Of a stretch of DNA of 32,000 nucleotides, positions 1 to 7,416 are shown in pieces (the stretch's first letter is position 1; each line of letters begins with the position of its first letter). The stretch is taken from the NCBI GenBank assembly GCA_963718915.1, contig CAVRAI010000015.1:240001-272000 (forward strand), written 5' to 3'. Under the pieces are notes generated by a model. It saw nothing but the letters and a program-made list of their open reading frames with translations. It did not search any database and was not told the DNA's origin. The stretch is from an uncultured Chloroflexia bacterium. GTDB taxonomy: Bacteria > Chloroflexota > Ktedonobacteria > Ktedonobacterales > JADMIN01. The translations under genes were made by a program, and so were the position numbers.

Positions 1-20
1 AGAAGACGCTCGATACGCTC

Positions 21-1064
21 ATGGGCGCCTGGGACGGCGAAGAGATTATTGTCCGCCGCGACCAGCCGACCGGCGCCACCATCATCATTGCGGTGCATTC
101 GACGCGGCTGGGGCCAGCATGTGGTGGCACGCGCATGAAAACCTATCCCACCCTCGAAGAGGCTGTCCTCGATGCCCAGCGGCTGGCCGAGGGGATGACC
201 TTCAAGTTCGCCGCCGCTGGTCAGCAACGGGGCGGCGGTAAAGCGGTGATCGCGATTCCCGCGGGTCTGGATGCCGCCGCGCGTGATGATTTGTTGCGGC
301 GTTATGGCGCGCTCATCCACCAGCTGGGCGGGATCTTCGCCTGCGGCGCCGATGTTGGCACCACGGCGCATGATATGGATACTATCGCCGAGACCGGCGC
401 ACCCTATGTCTTTGGCCGGACGTCCGAGCACGGCGGGTCCGGCGATCCCAGTCCAGCGACGGCGATTGGGGTATTCTCAGGCATCAAGACCACATGCGCC
501 CGGCTCTTTGGAAGCGATGCGCTCGCTGGTCGGCGTATCGTCGTGCAGGGCGCGGGCAAGGTTGGCTATTCCCTGATGCGTCTGCTGCGCGATGAAGGCG
601 CCGAGGTAGCCTGCGGCGATGTGGACGCTACCATCGTCGAGCGGGCGCGGGCGGAACTGGGTGTATCGGTCGTGGCTGCCGATGCGGTCTACGACGCCGA
701 ATGCGACATCTTCAGCCCCTGCGCGCTCGGAGCCGTTCTGAATACCGAGACGATCCCCCGGCTACGTTGTCGTGCGGCGGTGGGCGCGGCCAATAATCAG
801 TTGGCCACTTCAGCGGACGCGGAACGCTTGCGCGAGCGCGGTATCCTCTATGCGCCGGACTTTGTCGTCAACAGCGGCGGAGCAATCTATCTGATTGGGC
901 GCGAGGTGTTGGGCTGGTCTGAGCAAGAGACGCTGGATCGCGTCAGAACCGGCGTCCGTGATGGGCTGACCCAGGTCTATGCGCTGGCCGATGAGCAGGG
1001 CATAACAACCGGCGCGGCGGCCGAACAGGTGGCGCGGCGGCGTATCGCTGGCGGCCAGGGTTAG
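21..1064 (+). CDS. Glu/Leu/Phe/Val dehydrogenase family protein (leucine/phenylalanine dehydrogenase-like)
   Basis: 347-aa ORF with LGPACGGTRM, catalytic-Lys GGGKAVI and Rossmann VVQGAGKVG motifs, collinear with Bacillus LeuDH as I recall it. The frame is open back to nt 3 with no start codon there, so the true start is nt 21 or lies upstream of the window. Confidence 0.85.
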   Translation: MGAWDGEEIIVRRDQPTGATIIIAVHSTRLGPACGGTRMKTYPTLEEAVLDAQRLAEGMTFKFAAAGQQRGGGKAVIAIPAGLDAAARDDLLRRYGALIHQLGGIFACGADVGTTAHDMDTIAETGAPYVFGRTSEHGGSGDPSPATAIGVFSGIKTTCARLFGSDALAGRRIVVQGAGKVGYSLMRLLRDEGAEVACGDVDATIVERARAELGVSVVAADAVYDAECDIFSPCALGAVLNTETIPRLRCRAAVGAANNQLATSADAERLRERGILYAPDFVVNSGGAIYLIGREVLGWSEQETLDRVRTGVRDGLTQVYALADEQGITTGAAAEQVARRRIAGGQG

Positions 1065-1184
1065 CGCGCGACATACACCATAGCATAGGACAACATGGCT
1101 GGCATGTCTTTAGCGTCCACATCGGCGCTAGAGCGCGTGCCAGCTTTATGTTATGCTTATAGGGAAGAGACAACGCACTCGCAT

Positions 1185-1215
1185 GTGTCCTCCACGTGTC
1201 CTCCACGTGTCCTCG
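1185..1215. repeat. 11-bp tandem repeat (GTGTCCTCCAC x2.8) in the leader of the acyltransferase gene
   Basis: Direct reading: gtgtcctccac gtgtcctccac gtgtcctcg, 30-60 nt upstream of the ATG at 1245. Confidence 0.9.
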
Positions 1216-1244
1216 TTGCTGGTCCATCTCCCGGAGGCGTGCGC

Positions 1245-2546
1245 ATGAAACGACATGTATCGGCGCTCGGCAGATTCGCGCTGGCAGGCCTGTTCGCCAC
1301 TGTTCCCCGTCTAACCCTCTCCGTCAAAATCCATGGCCTCGCGAACGACATCCGCGCGCCGCGTACCTTCTACGTCATCACCCATAAGCGCGACTTCGAC
1401 GCCTTCGTGCCAGTTCCCCTGCTGCTCGCGCACCGCGGCAGGCGTGCCTTCACCAGCGAACTCCATTTCGCCATGCGCGGCGATGGATTCCAGATGGGAT
1501 TCCTCTCGCGCATCGTCCGGCGGCCCGCGTGGTTCTCGCACATGCTGCGCCCGATCAATGTCGGGCCGATTCTGCGTGGAGTCGGCGTCCATCCGCTCGA
1601 TAGCCTGCATCTGCGGCCCATGGAGATCTGGATCCGCGAGGCGCTCCGTGTCGATGGGGATACGACCATCGGCGAACTGCTGGCGCCCGCAACCATCGAA
1701 ATGCTCGCCGCGCGGACTGGAACGCGCGTCGCGAAACTGGCGGCGCGGCCGGCCTCCTCGCTGCTCAAGTGGCGCTATTTCCCGTTCCTGCAGGAGGAGA
1801 CTGGGCCAGAAATCTTCACGCCAGCGGCTCATCGGCGCGCGGAGCTACGGGCGCTGGCGACGGCGAAAGAGCAACTGGCCGACTGTGTGGACTGGCTGCG
1901 CGCTGGTGGATCGCTCTATACCTCGCCCGAAGGCCTCCTTTCCACCGATGGCCGCCTGAGTCCCCTGCGTGCCGGGCTGACGCGAGTGCTGCGCGCGGCG
2001 CCCCGGGATACGCGCGTGCAGCCTATCGCAATCATCTATGATTTCATGGTTACAGGCCGCCTGCGCATGTGGATTGACCTTGCGCCTGCCATCGAGGGAG
2101 GGGCGGTCCTGACAAATCACGAGCTGGAACGACAGGTACGGGCCGCCTGGCTGGATGTCGCGCGCTTCACGTGTACGCAACTCGCATCGGGTCTGCTGAT
2201 GTATCGTTGTGAGCAGGGGCAGCGCGCAACGAGAATCACCAGCCTGGAGGCAGGGGTGCTGGCGTGGGCGCGCGAGCTGGCCGCGGCAGGACGACAGGTG
2301 GATCCGGCGCTGCTCTCAGAGGAGGGCGTACATCGTTGTGTGGCAGGCTATCTGACGTACGCCGAACTGCACGGTATCATCCGTCACTACGGCGACAGTA
2401 TTGTGCTGGCGCCGGGTAGCCCGGCTGAGATAACGGCCACACCTGGCGATGTGGGCTACCGTCACTCGCCGCTCCGCTATGCGGCCAATGAGGTGCGCGA
2501 GATGGCGGGCGCGGCGCCCGTGCAATTCGACACGCTGGCGATGTGA
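1245..2546 (+). CDS. Glycerol-3-phosphate/lysophospholipid acyltransferase family protein (PlsB/PlsC-like)
   Basis: Acyltransferase blocks in order: HX4D (THKRDFD), YTSPEGLLSTDG (block III-like), VQPIAIIYD (block IV-like). Start moved to the ATG at 1245 (MKRHVSALG), which has GGAGG 10 nt upstream. The longer ORF from 1095 crosses the tandem repeat. Confidence 0.7.
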   Translation: MKRHVSALGRFALAGLFATVPRLTLSVKIHGLANDIRAPRTFYVITHKRDFDAFVPVPLLLAHRGRRAFTSELHFAMRGDGFQMGFLSRIVRRPAWFSHMLRPINVGPILRGVGVHPLDSLHLRPMEIWIREALRVDGDTTIGELLAPATIEMLAARTGTRVAKLAARPASSLLKWRYFPFLQEETGPEIFTPAAHRRAELRALATAKEQLADCVDWLRAGGSLYTSPEGLLSTDGRLSPLRAGLTRVLRAAPRDTRVQPIAIIYDFMVTGRLRMWIDLAPAIEGGAVLTNHELERQVRAAWLDVARFTCTQLASGLLMYRCEQGQRATRITSLEAGVLAWARELAAAGRQVDPALLSEEGVHRCVAGYLTYAELHGIIRHYGDSIVLAPGSPAEITATPGDVGYRHSPLRYAANEVREMAGAAPVQFDTLAM

Positions 2547-2557
2547 TGTGATCTGGT

Positions 2558-3091
2558 TTATTCCGGCCTGGTGGTGCGGTACGCCTCAAACTCCTCCTCG
2601 ACCTCGAAGCCGAGTTTCTGGTAAACGTGCTGCGCCGCGCTATTGCCGACGGTGACGAAGAGCACCAGCTCGCTCTCGCCCCGCGCCAGCAACGCATTGA
2701 TGCTCGTACTGAGCAGAAACGTCCCCAGCCCCTGCCCGCTTGCGTCGGGATGTGTCATGAGGAAGGCCAGCAGTGGCTGTTTCTGGCCAATACGCTCGTC
2801 GGTCCAGTCGGTGATGATGGTGGCGCCGAGCGCGCGCCCCTCTTCCTCAACTAGCAGGGAGCAGGTATCCAGCAGCGGGCCGTACTTGCCGTTGAAGACG
2901 CCTTCGATCTCTGCAACCGTCTCCTCTGACGTCTCGCCCTCATCGTCAATGGTGTCGTGGTAGGCGTCGTACATCAGCGCGCCGAGGAGTGTGGCGTCGC
3001 GCCCGGTGATGGCGCGCGCGTTCCACGGTCCATTGATGGGCTGCTGGGTGAGGCGATTGCGCATCATCCAGCGCTTGTATGTCTCAGCCAT
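2558..3091 (-). CDS. GNAT family N-acetyltransferase
   Basis: 177 aa with acetyl-CoA motif A (HPDASGQGLGTFLL) and a typical GNAT C-terminal beta-strand region. AAGGA lies 7 nt upstream of the ATG. Confidence 0.8.
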   Translation of the reverse strand: MAETYKRWMMRNRLTQQPINGPWNARAITGRDATLLGALMYDAYHDTIDDEGETSEETVAEIEGVFNGKYGPLLDTCSLLVEEEGRALGATIITDWTDERIGQKQPLLAFLMTHPDASGQGLGTFLLSTSINALLARGESELVLFVTVGNSAAQHVYQKLGFEVEEEFEAYRTTRPE

Positions 3092-3117
3092 GCATTATTC
3101 CTTCTGACCGTCAGACG

Positions 3118-4005
3118 CTATAGTCGCGCCTCGATCCAGTCCAGCAGTGTCTGCGTGTAGAGTGGGCTGATCGCGGCCATATCGCGACCACCATGAAGCG
3201 TAGGATGATGACTCGCGCCGGGCAGGCGCTTGATTGTGACGTCGCCAGTTGCAGCGCGTCGCCACACCTGGATGCTCTCGTCCGCTGGCGTCCACTCGTC
3301 ATCCTCGCCATAGAAGAGCAGTGTCGGACAGCGCACGCCTGCGAAAATCGGCTCTGGGTCGAAGTCCATGTCCTCCCACGAGCCTGGTTCTGGCAACTCA
3401 CGTGGAACGTACGTGAGCGAGAACCAGGGCTGGCCTGCCATACGATCAATCAGCGCCTGCGTTCGCGCCCGTTCAGCGTGGCCGCGTAGATAATCTTCGT
3501 AGGTGGCGCGGAGGTCGGTTAGCATGGTGAGCGCCTCGTCTCCATATCCTGCGCGACGCAGTTGTTTGGCGATCCCATAGCGCATCTGGCGGGCGGGGCT
3601 GACACCGGTAGATGCGATCAGTGTCAGGAAGGCCACCGCGTCCGGCGCTATGCTCGCAGCCAGTGGAGCTGCCCACGCGCCCTGGCTGAAGCCCCACAAC
3701 CCTAATGGCGCATTGCTCACCCCTGGAACCTGCCGTAGTTCATGGAGCATGACGAGCGCATCCTTCGCCTGGAGCGCCAGTGGCACATCGCTATCGTCTC
3801 TATATGCCCGCCGGTCGAAGCGCAACACGGCGACGCCACGAGGTGGCAGGATCTCCGCAAGATGGCGAAAGAGGAACTGATCGCGCGACGGCTCGCTCGC
3901 GGGGTGAAGCGGGACCAGCCCTCCTCGAACTGGCCCTGTCGGCATGGTCAGGGTCGCGGTGAGTGTGACATAGTCACTGGCGATCCGCACCTGATGCTCG
4001 TCCAT
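3118..4005 (-). CDS. Alpha/beta hydrolase fold protein
   Basis: Nucleophile elbow GFSQGAW, C-terminal GEDDEW (acid) and GASHH (His) motifs. Start chosen at MDEHQV (4005; GGAG 6 nt upstream). Alternatives are 4017 and 4065, but 4065 abuts the tRNA-operon terminator. Confidence 0.7.
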   Translation of the reverse strand: MDEHQVRIASDYVTLTATLTMPTGPVRGGLVPLHPASEPSRDQFLFRHLAEILPPRGVAVLRFDRRAYRDDSDVPLALQAKDALVMLHELRQVPGVSNAPLGLWGFSQGAWAAPLAASIAPDAVAFLTLIASTGVSPARQMRYGIAKQLRRAGYGDEALTMLTDLRATYEDYLRGHAERARTQALIDRMAGQPWFSLTYVPRELPEPGSWEDMDFDPEPIFAGVRCPTLLFYGEDDEWTPADESIQVWRRAATGDVTIKRLPGASHHPTLHGGRDMAAISPLYTQTLLDWIEARL

Positions 4006-4066
4006 GCGCTTCTCCATTCTCTCCCTTTTTGCATCGGAGACGCCAGTAGCAATGCAGAAATGCACG

Positions 4067-4094
4067 AAAAAAGCCTCCCGCGTATGAGGAGGCT
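4067..4094 (-). terminator. Rho-independent terminator of the tRNA operon
   Basis: The minus strand reads AGCCUCC-ucauacgcg-GGAGGCU followed by UUUUUU, 23 nt after the CCA end of the downstream tRNA. Confidence 0.8.
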
Positions 4095-4116
4095 CGTGAT
4101 GGCTGGTGAGGTGGTG

Positions 4117-4191
4117 TGGTGGCGAGGGTGGGATTTGAACCCACGACCGACGGCTTATGAGTCCGCTGCTCTACCGCTGAGCTACCTCGCC
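4117..4191 (-). tRNA. tRNA with CAU anticodon (elongator tRNA-Met, or tRNA-Ile2 if lysidinylated), CCA encoded
   Basis: Minus strand: GGCGAGG UA GCUC AGCGGUA GAGC A GCGGA CUCAUAA GCCGU CGGUC GUGGG UUCAAAU CCCAC CCUCGCC ACCA. Complete cloverleaf, with one A31xG39 mismatch in the anticodon stem. Confidence 0.85.
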
Positions 4192-4230
4192 ATATCAACC
4201 GCCCCCAAGCCGAAGCCGGGGGGCGAGATT

Positions 4231-4612
4231 TGGTAGCGGGGGGCGGATTCGAACCGCCGACCTCCGGGTTATGCTTGCTACTACAGCTTTCGCTGCCCGG
4301 CGAACCGGTTTGTAGTCTGGACTTTCCCTTCACCCTCGGCGTTACCCGTTAGGGGCCTCACATCAAGTCTCTACACGTTCTCCTGCGGATTCATCATCCT
4401 CAAGAGCTTCGCTCGGGATTACCCTGCCAACGGCTTCCCCGAATTTGTGAGGTGTTCGCACATCAGTTTCCCGGTGTGCAGCCCATTGTGAAATGAGTTC
4501 CCACGCACAGCGATAATCGGCAGATTTTGGTCTTCGCTGGCGCTGGCCGACTGAACGACCGCCTCACTTCACGGAATTGAGCCCGACGAGCTAACCACTG
4601 CTCTACCCCGCG
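4231..4612 (-). tRNA. Initiator tRNA-fMet(CAU) gene interrupted by a group I intron (exon 1 4612-4580, exon 2 4273-4231)
   Basis: Exon 1 is CGCGGGGUAGAGCAGUGGUUAGCUCGUCGGGCU and exon 2 is CAUAACCCGGAGGUCGGCGGUUCGAAUCCGCCCCCCGCUACCA. Joined, they give a 76-nt cloverleaf nearly identical in layout to E. coli tRNA-fMet: 1x72 mismatch (C/U), three G-C pairs closing the anticodon stem, anticodon CAU, encoded CCA. Confidence 0.9.
4274..4579 (-). ncRNA. Group I intron (IC3-like, no ORF) in the anticodon loop of tRNA-fMet
   Basis: The 5' exon ends in U and the intron ends in G; this is the only one of three sequence-compatible junctions with both. Complementary pairs occur in canonical order: P2-like GCACA/UGUGC around CCGGGAAACUGA, P3 CCUCACA/UGUGAGG, P4 UUCGGGG/UCCCGAG, P6 CUCUUG/CAGGAG, P7 GACU/AGUC, P8 CCCU..AGGG, P9 ACUAC/GUAGU enclosing UUCG and GAAA tetraloop hairpins. 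Core strings GUAGAGACU, CCCUAACG, GAGGGU, AAAGUCCA and AGCGAAAGCUG resemble cyanobacterial/Azoarcus tRNA introns as I recall them. Confidence 0.85.
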
Positions 4613-4623
4613 TCGCAAAAGAG

Positions 4624-4653
4624 AGTATATCTCAGTGGGCCATCTCCTGTCAA
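4624..4653 (-). promoter_or_regulatory. Sigma-70-type promoter of the tRNA operon (TTGACA-N18-TATACT)
   Basis: The minus strand reads TTGACA ggagatggcccactgaga TATACT ctcttttgcga CGCGGGG (tRNA 5' end). The -35 box overlaps the stop codon of the sigma factor gene. Confidence 0.65.
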
Positions 4654-5591
4654 GCTGGATGCGATGGGTCGGCGGAGCTACTTTGTCTTGTGGTGCTGGA
4701 GAGCTGTTCTTTCAGAAAGGCCAGTTTCTCTGGGTTCAGTTGCGCATAGATCTCCTGGATGCCCGCGGCACTCACGGTGAGGCTGAGGACTCCGACCAGG
4801 CTGCCCTCATCCCAGAACAGGATGGCTGGGCTGCCATTGATCTCAGCCAGCGTAGTGGTCAGTGGCAGCGGATTTTCGCGCTGCAGGTCCAGCCAGAGGC
4901 TCCAGACACGCGCCACGGCTTGCTGGCCGTAGATAGGCTTGAGATTCGCCTGCACTTTGCCGCCACCATCTCCCCAGGAGACGGCATCCTCAGCCAGCAG
5001 ACTGGTCAGCCCCACCATGTCTCCGGCCTGACTGGCGGAAAGAAAACGGAGCAGAAGCTGGCGCTGGCGTTGCGGCTCTGGCTCGAAACGCACGCGCTCA
5101 TCCTGCAATGCCCGCCTGGCCCGATGAAAGATCTGGCGGCAACTAGCGGGGCTTTTCTCCAGCATGCCGCCGATCTCGTTAAATGGGTAATCAAACACCT
5201 CATGCAGGAGAAAAACGGCGCGCTCGGGCGGGCTGAGAGTCTCCAGCAGGCGCAAAAAGGCCAGTGAGAGCGCTTCTTGTTGCTCAAGATGTGCTCCGCC
5301 ATCCCCCGACGTGAGGATCGGCTCAGGTAACCAGGTACCAATATACTGCTCGCGAGTGACATGAGCCGATTTCAGATAATCCAGCGCCAGACGGGTAATG
5401 ATTGTGCTGAGATACGCCTTCAAAGAGTCGATTTCCTGGTCAGCGCTCGCCTGATAGCGCAGATAGGTCTCCTGTACAAGGTCTTCCGCGTCACTCGCGC
5501 TACCGGTCATCCGATAGGCGATGGAAAAGAGCAGCACGCGATACTGCTCGAACGCTTCTCCCTGGTTCTCCTTGCGCATAGATGCATCCAT
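4650..5591 (-). CDS. ECF sigma factor, ECF41/SigJ-type with fused C-terminal SnoaL-like domain
   Basis: 313 aa. Sigma-70 region 2 (FEQYRVLLFSIAYRMTGSASDAEDLVQETYLRY), region 4 (LSPPERAVFLLHEVFDYPFNEIGGMLEKSPASCRQIFHRARRAL), then a ~110-aa extension (VSWGDGGGKV..INGSPAILFW..NPEKLAFL) typical of SigJ-like proteins. No adjacent anti-sigma factor. Confidence 0.85.
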   Translation of the reverse strand: MDASMRKENQGEAFEQYRVLLFSIAYRMTGSASDAEDLVQETYLRYQASADQEIDSLKAYLSTIITRLALDYLKSAHVTREQYIGTWLPEPILTSGDGGAHLEQQEALSLAFLRLLETLSPPERAVFLLHEVFDYPFNEIGGMLEKSPASCRQIFHRARRALQDERVRFEPEPQRQRQLLLRFLSASQAGDMVGLTSLLAEDAVSWGDGGGKVQANLKPIYGQQAVARVWSLWLDLQRENPLPLTTTLAEINGSPAILFWDEGSLVGVLSLTVSAAGIQEIYAQLNPEKLAFLKEQLSSTTRQSSSADPSHPA

Positions 5592-5606
5592 TGCTTACAT
5601 GTCCCC

Positions 5607-5642
5607 TTCTCGGCGTTTCTCGGCGTTTCTCGGCGTTTCTCG
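5607..5642. repeat. 10-bp tandem repeat (CGGCGTTTCT x3.5) in the sigma factor leader
   Basis: Direct reading; lies 16-50 nt upstream of the sigma factor ATG on the minus strand. Confidence 0.9.
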
Positions 5643-5676
5643 CTCTCTACCTAATTGTAGGCCCTGGTAGGGCGGA

Positions 5677-5703
5677 TGTCACATCTGCCGGTGCTGACTC
5701 GTC
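5677..5703 (+). promoter_or_regulatory. ECF41-type target promoter TGTCACA-N16-CGTC
   Basis: TGTCACA (5677-5683), a 16-nt spacer, then CGTC (5700-5703), 57 nt upstream of the ATG of the divergent NAD(P)-binding gene. It matches the ECF41 consensus as I recall it from the literature. Confidence 0.65.
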
Positions 5704-5760
5704 TCCTGTGCGCTCCTCTGGGAGTCACGCAAAGCACAGAGAAACGAGAGAGGAATCACC

Positions 5761-6570
5761 ATGCAACATACTATTCTGGTTACTGGCGGCACAGGCACGC
5801 TCGGACGCCACGTCGTCCAGCGGCTGCGGAATGCAGACCGCAACGTACGGGTGCTCAGCAGGCACAGCCGCGAGGCTGATGAGGGAATCGAGTTCGTGGC
5901 AGGCGACCTGACCACGGGTACGGGGATCGAAGTCGCAGTGGAGGGGGCCGAGATCATCGTACATTGCGCGGGTACCAGCAAGGGCGACGGGGAGAAAGCC
6001 CTGCACCTGGTCGAGGCGGCGTCGCGAACTGGGACGCGACACCTGGTATACATCTCGGTTGTCGGCGCCGACCGGGTTCCGGTCGTCAGCGGCATTGACC
6101 GCGCTATGTTCGGCTACTTCGCGTCCAAGCTGGCCGCCGAGCGCGTAGTAGCCGACTCCGGCATTCCGTGGACAACGCTGCGCGCTACCCAGTTCCAGGA
6201 GTCATTCCTGATGTTAGCGCGGCAGATGGCAAAGCTGCCGGTGATGCCGGTTGCGGCCGGAATGCGGTTCCAGCCGATCGCCGTCGACGAGGTGGCGGCC
6301 CAGCTCGTCGACCTTGCGCTTGGCACACCAATAGGGTTGGCGCCCGCTATGGCTGGACCGAGGGTGTACACCATGGCGGGACTGCTGCGCGAATACTTAC
6401 AGGCCAGTCACCGGCACCGACCGATCATTCCGCTCTGGGTACCAGGCAAGGCTGCCCGGGCGATTCGGGATGGCGCCAATCTCGCACCCGAGCGAGCGGT
6501 GGGTCGGCGGACCTGGGAGGAGTTTCTGGCCGACCAAGTGCGCTCGTCAAGCGACAACAAGCAAAACTAG
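5761..6570 (+). CDS. NAD(P)H-binding atypical SDR / NmrA-like epimerase-oxidoreductase (ECF41 COE partner)
   Basis: The N-terminus ILVTGGTGTLGRHVV is a Rossmann GxxGxxG motif. 269 aa. GAGAGGA RBS. Divergent from the ECF41 sigma factor gene. Confidence 0.8.
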   Translation: MQHTILVTGGTGTLGRHVVQRLRNADRNVRVLSRHSREADEGIEFVAGDLTTGTGIEVAVEGAEIIVHCAGTSKGDGEKALHLVEAASRTGTRHLVYISVVGADRVPVVSGIDRAMFGYFASKLAAERVVADSGIPWTTLRATQFQESFLMLARQMAKLPVMPVAAGMRFQPIAVDEVAAQLVDLALGTPIGLAPAMAGPRVYTMAGLLREYLQASHRHRPIIPLWVPGKAARAIRDGANLAPERAVGRRTWEEFLADQVRSSSDNKQN

Positions 6571-6677
6571 CCTGCCATAGTGGCCCGCAAGACACCAGCG
6601 CTGTGGTTGTGCTATGCTGGGTGAGCGGGGTGGGTCATCCGCGACGGGCCAGCGAATGGAAAGCAGGAGAGCAAGGT

Positions 6678-7382
6678 ATGTCGCTTCCTTCATCGTCAGA
6701 CGCATCAGGCGCATCATCGCGGGACGCCGGAAACGATGCCCTTGCGGCGCCGAGCGACTATAAACCCGACCCGTACATGACACCCGCCGAGGCGCGCGCG
6801 CTGCTGACCTCGTCTCGCCGCAACCGTCTCGCACGCTTCTCACCTTACTTTGAGCGCGTGCTGGGCTTCGTCCATGACCACTGGTTGGCGATCATCAACA
6901 CGGTGCTGGCCGTCTTCATTGGCATCGCACTGGTGGCGCCGCTGGCATTTGCCGCGGGGCTTACCGGCCCGGCATCTGGTGTCTTCGATGTCTACCGCGT
7001 CTTCTGCGCCCAGACGCCCTCGCACTCCTTCTTCATCGCGGGCTACCAGACCTGTCTCTGCTCGCGCTGCCTGGCCATCTACACCTCGATACTGCTCGCG
7101 GGCGTGGCAATCGTCTTCCTCCGCAAGAACCGCCGCTTACGCGCTATTCCGTGGTACGTCTGGCTGCTGGGCATGATACCGATGGCGCTCGACGGCTTCA
7201 CGCAGCTCTTTGGCCTGCGCGAAAGCAACCTGGCGCTGCGCCTGCTGACTGGCGCTATCTTTGGAGTCACCACCGCATGGTTCCTGCTGCCGCAGATCGA
7301 AGAGGCGGCGAACCAGGAACAGCCCGCGCCCAACCCCGCCGCATACGCCGCCTATGCCCAGGCTACGCGGGCCGACGACTGA
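6678..7382 (+). CDS. DUF2085-like integral membrane protein
   Basis: Cys-containing TM core CAQTPSHSFFIAGYQTCLCSRCLAIY and ALDGFTQLFGLRESN motifs typical of DUF2085. Start set at the ATG at 6678 (GGAGAG RBS). The 404-aa ORF from 6168 overlaps the upstream gene out of frame. Confidence 0.7.
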   Translation: MSLPSSSDASGASSRDAGNDALAAPSDYKPDPYMTPAEARALLTSSRRNRLARFSPYFERVLGFVHDHWLAIINTVLAVFIGIALVAPLAFAAGLTGPASGVFDVYRVFCAQTPSHSFFIAGYQTCLCSRCLAIYTSILLAGVAIVFLRKNRRLRAIPWYVWLLGMIPMALDGFTQLFGLRESNLALRLLTGAIFGVTTAWFLLPQIEEAANQEQPAPNPAAYAAYAQATRADD

Positions 7383-7416
7383 GGCGTGTCCGGCATGGAG
7401 TGACGTTCTCTGAAGA

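Noticed and set aside
1095-1244. Start of the acyltransferase at 1095 (483-aa version).
   Set aside because: The extra 50 codons cross an 11-bp tandem repeat and lack an RBS. The ATG at 1245 has GGAGG at optimal spacing and begins a hydrophobic N-terminal segment.
4231-4612. tmRNA (ssrA): a tRNA-like 3' end with CCA, a tRNA-like 5' end and ~380 nt overall length first suggested tmRNA.
   Set aside because: The two ends join into a complete initiator tRNA with an intact CAU anticodon arm, which tmRNA lacks. The acceptor is not Ala-type (no G3-U70). There is no tag reading frame ending in ..AA-stop. The interior has group I intron core pairings.
6168-6677. N-terminal 170 codons of the 404-aa ORF 6168..7382.
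   Set aside because: They overlap the 3' half of the well-supported NAD(P)-binding gene in another frame and translate to Arg/Gly-rich sequence. A good RBS+ATG at 6678 starts the DUF2085-like part.
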